A DNA stretch of 51,810 nt, filler included, from Sphacelaria rigidula (taxonomy: Eukaryota): the NCBI GenBank assembly GCA_964200075.2. It is 4 parts of 4 records of this genome, joined end to end, with 100 filler letters (N's around TTAATTAATTAA, not from the genome) between each part and the next. Parts side by side here need not be neighbours in the genome. Positions count along the whole stretch, not along the records: positions 38,935 to 51,810 come from CAXNAA020003343.1; 3 more parts are not named here. One strand, 5' to 3'. The translations under genes were made by a program, and so were the position numbers. The first letter of the stretch is position 1; each line of letters begins with the position of its first letter. Below the pieces are notes generated by a model. The model was not told the origin of the DNA, searched no databases, and worked only from the letters and a program-made list of their open reading frames with translations. Positions 51,093 through 51,810 of the stretch are shown piece by piece.

Positions 51093-51810
51093 ATTACAAG
51101 GGGGGTTGAAACTACGACCCTTGACGATTGGGAAGCTTCAACCCCGCTTACCTCTTACGGGAATATTGAATGACAGACAAATATGATCGGACTGTTGAAA
51201 TCTGGTTTCCGTGGCAGAAAACCCTACTCGCCATGATCGTAGTGATGAACGTCACCGCGGCCAGCTCTCCGTCTTCCTGTTGCAAGAATGCGTGCTCCCC
51301 TCGAGTTTTTTTCCATTTTACCCATGTCTCGAATTGTCTAATGTAACCCTTCTCGGTATTCCTACCTTTGAAGCAACGGCTAATGGAGAGTTTCGGAAAC
51401 GCTTTTTTGTCATTTTAAAGTGCGAGTATCTCAGGATCAGAGTGTAGCGAAAAAATATTTCCCGCCCCGTCAAATGTGGTATCCTCGAAAAAACAAATCG
51501 ACAACTTTTTTTTATTCAATCTGAACTCTGATCCTGAGATATTTGCACTCTGAAATGACAAACAAGCGTTTCCCGAAACTCTTCATTCTTGTACTAGCTC
51601 CTGCTCGTCGTGTACGTGATCGTGTTGTGCTTGAAGGGAAAGAGAGAAGTGCTGGTCGAGCATTATCGTACACTAGGAACACCAGAAATAAATACGGAGT
51701 TCGACAAGGAATTCGAAAAAGAAATGAACACGTGGGCAAAGGCAAATGTAGAGAAGTCGAAATGAGAGGATAGTGGCTCGACAGATTTGCAGAGAGAGTT
51801 TACTAGAGAT

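Overview
Eukaryotic, intron-rich DNA. Gene style and content point to a brown alga or related stramenopile (inference). The window is not one locus: it is four near-equal segments (1-12878, 12979-25856, 25957-38834, 38935-51810) joined by 100-nt N spacers containing TTAATTAATTAA, so no synteny can be read across the gaps. Segment 1 holds a complete 9-exon minus-strand gene (679 aa) for a secreted vWA (intact MIDAS) + Asp-Pro-His/VWD-like protein, plus the first exon of a divergent gene. Segment 2 holds five small exons of a class I SAM-dependent methyltransferase (COG4976-like). Segment 3 holds 11 internal exons of an axonemal outer-arm dynein heavy chain (DNAH5/8-like) and an RTE-type LINE relic. 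Segment 4 holds the 5' half of a Ty1/copia element (LTR, PBS, gag, protease). Its ORF runs into a non-integrase tail, and its LTR contains a ~125-bp hairpin with G-U wobble bias on the antisense strand. piggyBac-type TTAA MITEs, tRNA-like SINE heads and other dispersed repeats are common. Exon models were built by hand from splice signals and phase continuity; product names come from recognised motifs, not from database searches.
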